Origin: Planctomycetota bacterium
Lineage (GTDB): Bacteria > Planctomycetota > PLA2 > JAEUHO01
DNA length: 64,000 bases
Reading direction: 5' to 3'
Assembly: GCA_050248855.1 (NCBI GenBank)
Contig: JBFWRP010000009.1
Coordinates: 99,600-163,599, forward strand
A program made the translations under genes and the position numbers. Under the pieces are notes generated by a model. That model was not told where the DNA came from, made no database searches, and saw only the letters and a program-made list of their open reading frames with translations. Each line of letters begins with the position of its first letter. The first letter of the stretch is position 1. Of the stretch, positions 1 through 8,610 are shown piece by piece.

Positions 1-563
1 CCGGCGACGATCTCCTGTGCGCGGCGCCAGGGGGTGAGTGCTTCCAGCGACACCTCGAACGTGTCGGCGACGAGCAGCTGCACCTGCTCCAGCACGCGCC
101 GCGAGAGGGACTGGACGTAGAGCACGCGGCGGCGCGGGTCGAGCAGGATCCCGTGGGCCTGCACGTGGGGCGGTGTCTCGAGCAGCAGCCGGCGCGTGAT
201 CTCCTCCCGCAGGGCCTTGCGCTCCTCGCGCGAGATGCGCCCGGGCCGCCCCCCGTCCCCGGCAGCCTTCGTCCGCGCGTCCAGCTCCAGCTCGAGGTGG
301 GCCTTGAGCAGGCGCGGCGGGACGCGGCGCTGGTCGATGCGCAGCGCGAAGGCGACCGTCTCGCCGCGCACCAAGGTGTCGACGTCGAAGCGGGTCACGA
401 GCAGGTTGTCGGCCGTGACCCAGCCGTAGGTCCGCTCCTCGTGGGGCGCCAAGGGCCGGAAGCGGCGGTCATGGAGGCGCTCGGCGAACGCCGGCTCGTA
501 GGGGCTGGGCAGGGGACCCACGACGCGGAAGCGCCGGACGGACTGGGATCGGAGTCGCAGCAT
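1..563 (-). CDS. rdgC: Recombination-associated protein RdgC-like (runs off window start)
   Basis: Not in the ORF track. Manual translation from ATG 563: MLRLRSQSVRRFRVVG...FRPLAPHEERTYGWV...FALRIDQRRVPPRLLK...ISREERKALREEI...L, the typical RdgC pattern (GWV; LRxDxRxVP; KxxKxxLKEE-like). Open to the window edge. Confidence 0.7.
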   Translation of the reverse strand, partial: MLRLRSQSVRRFRVVGPLPSPYEPAFAERLHDRRFRPLAPHEERTYGWVTADNLLVTRFDVDTLVRGETVAFALRIDQRRVPPRLLKAHLELELDARTKAAGDGGRPGRISREERKALREEITRRLLLETPPHVQAHGILLDPRRRVLYVQSLSRRVLEQVQLLVADTFEVSLEALTPWRRAQEIVA

Positions 564-618
564 GGGATGCGGACGGTACGCGGGCGCGGGGACACTCCCG
601 GGGCCCCGTGCCGCGGGA

Positions 619-1227
619 TCAGGAGCGCCGAGGACCCCGGCGGCGTGCGCGGATCAACAGGACCACCAGCACCACGGCGATTCCCGGACCGAGCCAGCGT
701 GCGTAGCGGCCGATCTGCGCGAACAGCCGGGGGGCGTCCTCGATCGCGCCGCCCAGCAGGAACGGCCAGCCACCACTCAGCACCAGGAACACCACGTCGG
801 TCGCCAGGAAGCGGCGCCACGAGAGCCCGCCGGCGCCCGCTGCCAGGAACGTCGGCACGCGCGTGCCCATGACCATACGCGCTGCGGCGACGGCGAGCAT
901 CCCACGGCGGGAGACACACAGCCGCACGCGCGCCAGACGCCGCCGCGGGATGCGCCGCACGAGGCGCGAGCGTCTGAGCGCCGGCCCGAGACGACGACCG
1001 ACGGCGAACACGAACGCGTCGAGCGCCAGCACCGTCACGTACGGGACGCCGAACGCGACGCCCGGAGCCAGCGAGCCGCTCTTCGCGCTCCATCCTGCGT
1101 ACGCGAACACGCCCTCCTCGGGAAGCGGTGCACCGACGAAGCCCGCGAGCACGAGCGCGACGAGCACGCCAGGCGTCGCAGCGACGTCGGTGTCCAGCGT
1201 TGCGAGCGACGAATCGATCACGCGCAC
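619..1227 (-). CDS. DedA/VTT family membrane protein
   Basis: GAPLPEEGVFAYAG, D..VF..GR..G and ARMVMGTRVPTFLAAGAGGLSWRRFLATD motifs. Start (GTG 1227 or 1221) uncertain; the ORF extends to 1362. Confidence 0.8.
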   Translation of the reverse strand: MRVIDSSLATLDTDVAATPGVLVALVLAGFVGAPLPEEGVFAYAGWSAKSGSLAPGVAFGVPYVTVLALDAFVFAVGRRLGPALRRSRLVRRIPRRRLARVRLCVSRRGMLAVAAARMVMGTRVPTFLAAGAGGLSWRRFLATDVVFLVLSGGWPFLLGGAIEDAPRLFAQIGRYARWLGPGIAVVLVVLLIRARRRGPRRS

Positions 1228-1259
1228 GCGCACACGATCGCAGGACGACTCGACTTCGA

Positions 1260-1312
1260 TCAACTTGAGAGCGCGCGCACGCTTCGGAGAGCTCCGTTTC
1301 TCAATTTGAGAG
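1260..1312. promoter_or_regulatory. Two palindromic sites TCAA-Y-TTGAGAG, 41 bp apart (candidate enhancer/UAS)
   Basis: 1260-1271 tcaacttgagag and 1301-1312 tcaatttgagag; the second lies in the palindrome TCTCAA-T-TTGAGA (1299-1311). AT-richer intergenic patch. Confidence 0.5.
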
Positions 1313-1356
1313 TCGCACACCTCCCGATGCATGCCTTCGCGATGCGAAACAAGCAT

Positions 1357-1371
1357 CGGCACGCTGTTTGT
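1357..1371 (+). promoter_or_regulatory. Candidate sigma54 (-24/-12) promoter
   Basis: CGGCACG-CTGT-TTGT versus consensus TGGCACG-N4-TTGC; correct GG-N10 spacing, but GT instead of GC at -12. Confidence 0.45.
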
Positions 1372-1629
1372 TGTCAGCGATGTCAGCGCGCGCTGTGGTG
1401 CGCGTCGTCACGCTGTGCGGGACCGATCGTCGACCTGCTCGTCGTCGTCCAGCGCCCCGCGATCGATCCCGGGATCGACGCGAGGTGGTGGACGCCGACG
1501 GGAAGGAGGCGGCCGCGGAGTTGCGGTCGTCCCGGTCGGTGAAGACGCCGGAGGCCACCGGCGCTCGGGCAGGTGACCGGCTCGAACCCCAGTCCGCCCC
1601 CTCGAGGGACAGGCAAGGAGACACAGACC

Positions 1630-1782
1630 ATGGCTGCAAAGAAGAAGGGCGCCCGCAAGAAGAAGGCCGCCAAGAAGAAGACCGCCAAGAAGGCGACGAA
1701 GAAGCGTGCCAAGAAGGGCACGAAGAAGCGCGCCAAGAAGGGCACGAAGAAGCGCGCCGCCCGCGCCAGCCGCAAGAAGTAG
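1630..1782 (+). CDS. Small Lys/Arg/Ala-rich histone-H1-like (Hc1-like) basic protein, 50 aa
   Basis: MAAKKKGARKKKAAKKKTAKKATKKRAKKGTKKRAKKGTKKRAARASRKK; SD AAGGAG at 1615-1620; Lys almost always AAG; followed by a hairpin. Confidence 0.8.
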   Translation: MAAKKKGARKKKAAKKKTAKKATKKRAKKGTKKRAKKGTKKRAARASRKK

Positions 1783-1801
1783 TCGTCAAGACATCCTTCG
1801 T

Positions 1802-1842
1802 GGCCCCGCCGTCCCCCGGGATGGCGGGGCCGCACTCGTTTT
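1802..1842 (+). terminator. Intrinsic terminator-like hairpin between convergent genes
   Basis: GGCCCCGCCGTCCC...GGGATGGCGGGGCC stem (one G-U) followed by ...CGTTTT. Confidence 0.65.
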
Positions 1843-1859
1843 GGGGGACCCGCGCGCCG

Positions 1860-3269
1860 CTACTCGCCGGCGGCGTCCTCCATCTCCTTCAGGCGGCGGT
1901 AGAGGGTGGCCGTGCCGATGCCCAGGATGGAAGCGGCGGCCTCGCGGTTGCCCCCTACGGCGTCGAGCGTGCGGAGGATCGCCTCGCGCTCCAGGGCGCC
2001 CAGGCTCTGGCCGACTTCGAAGCGGATCACCCCGCTGCCCGTGGCGGCCTCCGGCGGGACGCCACGAACGGCTGGCGGCAGGTCGCCGAGCGAGATGTGG
2101 TTGCCGCGCGTCAGCACGACCGCCCGCTCGATGGCGTTCTCCAGCTCGCGGACGTTGCCCGGCCACCGGTAGGCTTGGAGCGCCTCGATGACGCCCTCGC
2201 CGAAGCCGGCCAGCTGCCGACCGGTACGCGCCCGCATCTTGGCGAGGAAGTGCTCCGCCAGGAGGGGGATGTCGGCGTGCCGCTCCAAGAGGGTGGGCAC
2301 CCGGATCGCGATGACGTTGAGGCGCCAGAAGAGGTCCTCGCGGAACCGCCCCGCACGGGCCTCCGCTTCCAGATCGCGGTTGGTCGCGGCGATCACGCGC
2401 ACGTCGGTGCGGATGGTCGTGCTGCCACCGACGCGCTCGAACTCGCCCTCCTGCAGGACGCGCAGCAGCTTGACCTGCAGGGGTAGGTCGATCTCCCCGA
2501 TCTCGTCGAGGAAGATCGTGCCGCCGTGGGCCAGCTCGAAGCGGCCCTTGCGTTGCTCGTGCGCGCCCGTGTAGGCCCCGCGCTCGTTGCCGAAGAGCTC
2601 CGCCTCGAGGACGCCCTCGGCGAGCGCCGCGCAGGCCACCTTGACGAGCGGACGGTCCGAGCGTGGGCTGCGCGCGTGGAGCGCCTCCGCGATCAGCTCC
2701 TTGCCCGTGCCGCTCTCGCCGAGGAGCAGCGCCGTGCTGCTGGCGGGCGCCACGCGGTCCACGACGTCGAGGAGCTCGAGGAACGCCTCGCTTGCGCCGA
2801 TGAGCGACCGCCCCTTCCCGCTGGCGTGCTGGGCCGCCGGGGCCGTACGGCCGGAGAGCGCCCGGCGGCGCTCGCCGGCCGGCGGACGATCTTCGAAGGC
2901 GCGCTTGATCGCCCGCCGCACGTCGCGCAGCCGGATCGGCTTCTCCAGCACGTCGCGGACGCCGCGGCGCACGGCCTTCACGGCCGTGTCGACGCTGGCG
3001 AACGCCGAGATGAGGATCGAGGACACGTCGGGGCAGACGACCTTCAGGCTCTCGATCAGATCGAGGCCATCGAGCCCCGGCATCTTGAGATCCGTGAGGA
3101 CCAAGTCGACGTGGCGGTCCTGGGCCAGCGCGAGCGCGGCCTTGCCGTGTTCCGCCACCAGGACTTCGTAGCCGTCGCGACGCAGGGCACGCCCGAGCGA
3201 CTCGCGCGTGTTGCGATCGTCGTCGACGATCAAGATGACAGGTGCGGCGTCGGTGGAGACGTGATTCAA
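1860..3269 (-). CDS. Sigma54-dependent NtrC/AtoC-family response regulator (REC-AAA+-Fis HTH)
   Basis: ILIVDDD...[11 protein letters not shown] receiver; [56 protein letters not shown]. Confidence 0.95.
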   Translation of the reverse strand: MNHVSTDAAPVILIVDDDRNTRESLGRALRRDGYEVLVAEHGKAALALAQDRHVDLVLTDLKMPGLDGLDLIESLKVVCPDVSSILISAFASVDTAVKAVRRGVRDVLEKPIRLRDVRRAIKRAFEDRPPAGERRRALSGRTAPAAQHASGKGRSLIGASEAFLELLDVVDRVAPASSTALLLGESGTGKELIAEALHARSPRSDRPLVKVACAALAEGVLEAELFGNERGAYTGAHEQRKGRFELAHGGTIFLDEIGEIDLPLQVKLLRVLQEGEFERVGGSTTIRTDVRVIAATNRDLEAEARAGRFREDLFWRLNVIAIRVPTLLERHADIPLLAEHFLAKMRARTGRQLAGFGEGVIEALQAYRWPGNVRELENAIERAVVLTRGNHISLGDLPPAVRGVPPEAATGSGVIRFEVGQSLGALEREAILRTLDAVGGNREAAASILGIGTATLYRRLKEMEDAAGE

Positions 3270-3337
3270 GCTCGACCCCCGTGCTGCCCGCGCGGCATCC
3301 TCCCATCGCGGGGGGACGAACCTCTAGACGAAACTCC

Positions 3338-4861
3338 TCACGACGCGGCGTCGGACGCGGGCTCGGCGAGCGGCCAGCGGATGGAGATGCCGGTCCCGCG
3401 ACCCTCGGCCGACGACAGCGAGAGGCTGCCGCCCGACGCGATGACGATCTCGCGTACGAGGTAGAGCCCGAGCCCGGAGCCGCCCGACTTGCTGGTGAAG
3501 AAGGGTTCGAGCACGCGTTCGCGCAGGTCGTCGGGGATGCCCGGACCGTTGTCCTTGACGGTCAGCTTGGTCGAGCGACGCATGCGGCGCACGAGCAGGG
3601 TCACGGCGCCGCTCCGGCCGGCGTCGACCTGCTCGGCGAGGGCGTCGAAGGCGTTGTCGGCCAGGTTCAAGAGCACGCGCCGCAGCTGGTGGCGGTCCAG
3701 CCGGATCGGGTGCGGGCCCGGATCGATGCGGGCGCGTAGCGTCACCCCCCGCTCGCCGGCGCGCTCGCGCTGCTCCTCGACGAACTCCGTCACGGCGCGG
3801 CCCAGATCCAGCTCCTCCGGCTCCTCGCCGCCGATCTGCGAGAGGGCGAGGTAGTGCGTGATGATCTGGTTGAGGCGCTCGATCTCCTCCCGGATGGCCG
3901 CCAGCGTGGGCGCGATCGCGGCTTGGACGTCATCGTGGCCCTCGAGCTCGTCCTCGAGCAGGTCCGTCGAGAGGAAGAGGCTGTTCAGCGGGTTGCGGAA
4001 CTCGTGGGCCACGCTGCCCGCGATCTTGGCCATCGCGGACAGCTTCTCCGTCTCGATCAGGCGGGCCCGGATGCGGTGGACCTCGGTGCGATCGTGCAGG
4101 ACCAGGAGGTAGCGGTCCGGGTCGGGCGCGCGACTCCCGGGCCGGAGGCGCGCCCCGTGGACGCGCACGGGGACGGCATGGCCGGATGCGTGGAGGAGGG
4201 ACATCTCCCGACCGTCCACGCGGCCGCCCTGGTCCACGTCGGCGAGGAGCCGCTGCAGGAAGTCCGGCTCGGTGAAGCAGCGGTCCAGCCCGCGACGCTG
4301 CACCTCGTAGCGACGACGGCCGGTCAGGCGCGAGGCGCCGACGCTCCAGAGCCCCACCTGGCCCGACGCGCGCACCGTCAGCACCGCGTCGGGGAGCACG
4401 CGCAGCAGGCGCTCGAGGGTGCGGCGCATGGGGTCGAAGGCCGGCAGGCCACGGCCCGCGGTCCGCGACGGCTCCTCGCGCGGCGTCCGACACAGGTGCA
4501 GCAGCAGCGCATCGGCGGCCTGCGCGAGCCGTTCGGCCTGGTCGGCGGTACCCGCCCCCCGATCGCGCAGGGCCAAGACGACGGGGACGAGACGCGCCGG
4601 CGCCAGCAGCGCTGCCGGTGGATCGCTGCGCAGGGCGCGCACCGCGGCGAGGCGGCCGGGCCCGCGCCGCGGGCTCTTGCGCACCGCTTCGAACGCGGCG
4701 GCGACCTGCGCCCCGAGGGCGGCGCGGCCCGCCGCGTCGAGGGCAAAGGCGCCCAACGCCTCGTCGAGCGTCGGCGCGCGCGCCTCGCGCACCCCAGGGG
4801 CGGAGCGATCCGCGCCCGAGGAGGGCTCGGCCGCGGAGGAAGGACGAGGGGACGGACTCAC
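3338..4861 (-). CDS. PAS-domain sensor histidine kinase, apparently cytoplasmic
   Basis: EKLSAMAKIAGSVAHEFRNPL H-box; NLADNA; VKDNGPGI; EPFFTSKSGGSGLGL; upstream PAS (LPDAVLTV...W). Start uncertain (GTG 4861 chosen). Confidence 0.9.
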   Translation of the reverse strand: MSPSPRPSSAAEPSSGADRSAPGVREARAPTLDEALGAFALDAAGRAALGAQVAAAFEAVRKSPRRGPGRLAAVRALRSDPPAALLAPARLVPVVLALRDRGAGTADQAERLAQAADALLLHLCRTPREEPSRTAGRGLPAFDPMRRTLERLLRVLPDAVLTVRASGQVGLWSVGASRLTGRRRYEVQRRGLDRCFTEPDFLQRLLADVDQGGRVDGREMSLLHASGHAVPVRVHGARLRPGSRAPDPDRYLLVLHDRTEVHRIRARLIETEKLSAMAKIAGSVAHEFRNPLNSLFLSTDLLEDELEGHDDVQAAIAPTLAAIREEIERLNQIITHYLALSQIGGEEPEELDLGRAVTEFVEEQRERAGERGVTLRARIDPGPHPIRLDRHQLRRVLLNLADNAFDALAEQVDAGRSGAVTLLVRRMRRSTKLTVKDNGPGIPDDLRERVLEPFFTSKSGGSGLGLYLVREIVIASGGSLSLSSAEGRGTGISIRWPLAEPASDAAS

Positions 4862-4958
4862 GTCGGTGGCGGATCCTACCCCGGCCCCCCCAGCGGTCCG
4901 GGCACGGGTATCCTGCCGTGCCGCGGGACTTGCCCCGGAACGAGGAAGGACGGACCCG

Positions 4959-6794
4959 ATGGCGCGCCTCACCTGCTTGGCCCTCGCGATCGCGTGCCTC
5001 GCGCTCGCTGTGGGCGCCGAGGCGGCGCCGCCGACGCTCGAGGCCGCGCGTGAGGCCGTGCGACGCGACGACATCGACACGGTCGAGACGGTGCTCGTGG
5101 ACCTGGTCGTGGACGGTCGCCCGGACCACCCGACGTTGCTCGAGGCGGCCTACCTCGCGCAGGAGATCGAAGCGCCCACGGCCACGTCCAAGGTGCGCGA
5201 CCTCTCGACGGCGCTGACGGAGCAGGCCGACCCGCCGCCCGCCGCGCGCGTCGCGCGCGGGTACGCGGCGCTGGCGACCGCCATCTGGTACTGGCGGCAG
5301 AAGATGCAGGGGTCGAGCATCCCCCTGCTCTTCAACGAGGCGTTGTCGGCGGGACGCGTCCGATCGGGAGATGCCGCGACGGACGACCTCGCGGCGCTGC
5401 TCGAGGCTCGCACGCACGCGGCGCAGGGCAGCCACGACGAGGCGCTTGCCGTGCTGGCGGCGCGGCGTGCGGAGGGTGCGACCTCGAGCTGGACCCCGCT
5501 GCTCGCCCTCTCCGAGGCGCGCCTGGCCTACGACCGCGGCGCCGCGGTGGCGCCCGGCGCGGACGGCCGCCCCACCGCGGAGGCGCAAGCGGACTTCGAG
5601 CAGGCGGTCGCGCTCTTCGCTGCCCACGCGGACGCCCTGCCGCGCCTCGTCATGCGCCCGGCCAAGCGCACCGAGCTCGCCACCCGCCGGGCCTGGGCCT
5701 TGCACCGCCTCGGCCGCGTGGACGAGGCCGCCGAGGCCTACCGTCGTGTCTACGCCCTCGGCGGCGAGGCACGTGCGCTGGCCGTGCGCGGCCTCGCGAG
5801 CCTCTTCACGTACGAGCCCGATCGCTACCGCACGACCCTCGCCGAGCTCGGACGCGGCGCCGGCGGGCAGGGAGACGTTGCCCTCGAGGCGCTCACCGAC
5901 GCGTGGCTTGCCGAGAACCGCCTGGGCTCGGCGCTCGAAGCCGCGGAGGCGCGACGGGCCCTCGCGCCCGACGATCCGGCGGGGTGGCGCCTGGTCGCGA
6001 AGGTGTTCGAGGCCATGGACCAGCCCGAGGAGGCGATCCGCCACCTCGAAGAGGCGTTGCGCCGCGACCCGAACGACCGCGCGGCCGTGATCCGCTTCGA
6101 CGCCGTCGCACGCAGCGTGGTGGAGGACGACCCCGAACGCACGATCGCCTGGTACGAGCGCCTGGTCGCCGTGTGTCCGGACGACCCGTTCCTGTGGAAC
6201 AACCTCGGCTTCCTGCTGCGCGAGCAGGTCTCCCCGCACACGGTGCTCGGGGAAGGCGGCCAGCAGAAGCTGACGGCCGAGGCCCCCGACCGCGTCCACG
6301 CACAGCTGCTGCGCTGCGTCGAGGCCTACGAGCGGGCCGTCGCCTTGGTCGACCCCGCGGAGGACGGCCTGCGCGAGATCGAGCAGGACTGGAACCTGGC
6401 GACCGTCGTCAACGACCTCGGGCTGATGCTGCACTACTTCGTGGACGTCCAGGACGGCCCCCGGGCCGAGGCGCTCTACCTGCGCGCACTGGCCATGACC
6501 GAGGACGGCTACAAGGACAGCTACGTCCCCAACCTCCAGCGCCTCTACCGCGACATCCTGACCGGCCACGAGCTCGCGTGGTACCGCGCGGCCGTGCGCG
6601 CCGCCGAGGGGCTGCTGCAGGAGGTCCCGCGCGACGACGGCGGCTTCGACCTGGTGCCCGACGACGTCAAGCGCGCCGTCGCGGCCGCCGACGCCAAGCG
6701 CCTGAGGGCACGGATCCTGCAGGAGCTCGGGGCCCCCACCCCCGACGCCGATGCCGACGCGTCCGACGCGGACGTCCACGCTACCGACCGGTAG
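4959..6794 (+). CDS. Exported TPR-repeat protein
   Basis: Signal peptide MARLTCLALAIACLALAVGAEA; TPR-like helices (ALHRLGRVDEAAEAYRR; AIRHLEEALRRDPND; LWNNLGFLL); SD-like GAGGAAGG upstream. Confidence 0.75.
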   Translation: MARLTCLALAIACLALAVGAEAAPPTLEAAREAVRRDDIDTVETVLVDLVVDGRPDHPTLLEAAYLAQEIEAPTATSKVRDLSTALTEQADPPPAARVARGYAALATAIWYWRQKMQGSSIPLLFNEALSAGRVRSGDAATDDLAALLEARTHAAQGSHDEALAVLAARRAEGATSSWTPLLALSEARLAYDRGAAVAPGADGRPTAEAQADFEQAVALFAAHADALPRLVMRPAKRTELATRRAWALHRLGRVDEAAEAYRRVYALGGEARALAVRGLASLFTYEPDRYRTTLAELGRGAGGQGDVALEALTDAWLAENRLGSALEAAEARRALAPDDPAGWRLVAKVFEAMDQPEEAIRHLEEALRRDPNDRAAVIRFDAVARSVVEDDPERTIAWYERLVAVCPDDPFLWNNLGFLLREQVSPHTVLGEGGQQKLTAEAPDRVHAQLLRCVEAYERAVALVDPAEDGLREIEQDWNLATVVNDLGLMLHYFVDVQDGPRAEALYLRALAMTEDGYKDSYVPNLQRLYRDILTGHELAWYRAAVRAAEGLLQEVPRDDGGFDLVPDDVKRAVAAADAKRLRARILQELGAPTPDADADASDADVHATDR

Positions 6795-6824
6795 CCGCGT
6801 CACTTGTCCTTCCGGAGACACGAC

Positions 6825-8531
6825 ATGTATCGCCCCGCCCTTCTCTCCCGCCTGGCGCCCGCGCTCGTCTTGGCCGTCGGGTGCGCGGCCCTGCTCGCCG
6901 CGCCCGTCCAGGCCGCGCCCGGCGCCGCGGAGGCGAAGGCCGCTGCGGCCGACCAGGACTGGGAGAAGGCGGCCCAGGCGTGGGCCGGGGTGCTCCAAGC
7001 CAAGGCGGGCGATCGGGAGGCCGCGCTCGGCCTGGGTCGCGCCGTCCACGAGGGGCGCGTCTTCGCGCACCTCGCCGACGCCGATCGGGCGGCCCGCGCC
7101 CTGACGCAGAAGGACGAGAACGACGCCGAGGCGTGGGAGCTGCGCGGCGAGCTCGCGCTCCTCTTGGCCGAATCGCCGGGTGCGGGCTCGACCGCGAAGA
7201 TGTCCTACGCCGACGCCGAGGAGCACTTCGGCCGCGCGCTGGAGGCCGACGCCAACCTGGAGGGTGCCGCCGTGGGCTTGGCCCGCGTGCACTTCCTGAT
7301 GGGACGCACCCAGGAGGCGTTGGATGCACTCGGCTCCTACCTGGGCCGCAACACGAAGACGCAGGCCAAGGCCCTGTTCTGGCAGGGTGAGATCCGCTAC
7401 CGCCAGGCGCTCGCGGCGCACCGCGAGGCGGGCGGCGCGTACCCCGTGCAAGGCGAGGCCCGCCAGCTCTTCGAGCAGGCGCGTGGCTCCTTCATGGCCA
7501 GCACCAAGGCCGATCCGACCCGCGTCGTGGCGTGGATCGAGCTTGGCTACACCTGCCAGTACCTGCAGGACGTGGACGGCGCCGCCGAGGCCTACGAGGC
7601 CGCGGCCCGCCTCGCGCCGCAGAACGATGCACCGCTCAAGGGCCTCTCCGTGGTGCTCACCTACGACCGTCCGCGGTACGTGGCCGCGCTCGAGAGGATC
7701 CTGCAGGCCAAGCCCAAGCACGCGATGGCCGGGTGGTTCCTTGCGCAGGAGAAGGCCGCCGCCGGCGATACGAAGGGGGCCATCGCCGCCATGCAGATTG
7801 CGGCCGCCAACCTGCGCAATCCCGCTGCGGCGTGGGTCCAGGTCGGCGACCTCGAGCTGAAGGGCGGCAACCGGGCCGGCGCGGAGAAGGCGTGGACGAA
7901 GGCGCTGGAGGTGGACCCGGGCAACGAGCTGGCGGCGTTCCATCTCGAGACGCCGCTGCGCGAAGGCGGCATGCAGAGGGCTGCCAGCTCGGTCAAGTCC
8001 GCCAAGGAGCTGATCGCGGACTACGAGAAGCTCCTGAAGCTCGCGCCGCGCAACACGCTGCTGCTCAACAACCTGGCCTTCATCCTTCGCGAGGCCCATG
8101 CCCAGCACAAGGGCGACGCATCGTGGAAGCCCATCCTCGAGGCCAGCCGCGACATGTACGTGCGCGCATCCGAGATCGTCGGCGAGTACAGCGCGCAGTA
8201 CGAAGGCATGGCCATGACCGAGCGCCTGAGCCGCGCGCAAGTCATCAGCGACACGGGCTTGATGTTCCAGTTCTATCCCGAGATCCAGGACCTCGCGCGT
8301 GCCGAGCGCTACTACCTGGCCGCGCTCGACTGGAGCGACAACGGCTACTTCGATGCCTACAACAACCTGGTCCAGATGTGGGCCAAGGCCGAGCGCTGGG
8401 ACGAGCTGTACGACTTGGCCGACGTCGCCGCCGAGTCCCTGCTCACGAACGAGGGGGCCCCCCACCCGGGCCGCGGACCCGCCCGCGCCCTGGCCGACCG
8501 CCTCGTCAAGGAGAAGAAGGTCGATCGCTGA
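6825..8531 (+). CDS. Exported TPR-repeat protein, paralogue of the upstream gene
   Basis: Signal peptide ending PVQA; multiple TPR motifs; C-terminal block shared with 4959-6794. Confidence 0.8.
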   Translation: MYRPALLSRLAPALVLAVGCAALLAAPVQAAPGAAEAKAAAADQDWEKAAQAWAGVLQAKAGDREAALGLGRAVHEGRVFAHLADADRAARALTQKDENDAEAWELRGELALLLAESPGAGSTAKMSYADAEEHFGRALEADANLEGAAVGLARVHFLMGRTQEALDALGSYLGRNTKTQAKALFWQGEIRYRQALAAHREAGGAYPVQGEARQLFEQARGSFMASTKADPTRVVAWIELGYTCQYLQDVDGAAEAYEAAARLAPQNDAPLKGLSVVLTYDRPRYVAALERILQAKPKHAMAGWFLAQEKAAAGDTKGAIAAMQIAAANLRNPAAAWVQVGDLELKGGNRAGAEKAWTKALEVDPGNELAAFHLETPLREGGMQRAASSVKSAKELIADYEKLLKLAPRNTLLLNNLAFILREAHAQHKGDASWKPILEASRDMYVRASEIVGEYSAQYEGMAMTERLSRAQVISDTGLMFQFYPEIQDLARAERYYLAALDWSDNGYFDAYNNLVQMWAKAERWDELYDLADVAAESLLTNEGAPHPGRGPARALADRLVKEKKVDR

Positions 8532-8610
8532 CCCCGGGCCGCCGCGCGAGGGGCGCTCGAGAACCCGTGGAGGGTTTCCGGCGCCCGCGGGAACCTAGGG
8601 GAGAGTCCCC

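Noticed and set aside
3930..8465. 1511-aa minus-strand ORF and similar long Arg/Gly/Ala-rich ORFs throughout (e.g. 31386-34289, 58450-61656)
   Set aside because: Shadow frames overlapping genes with clear family motifs and GC3 bias.
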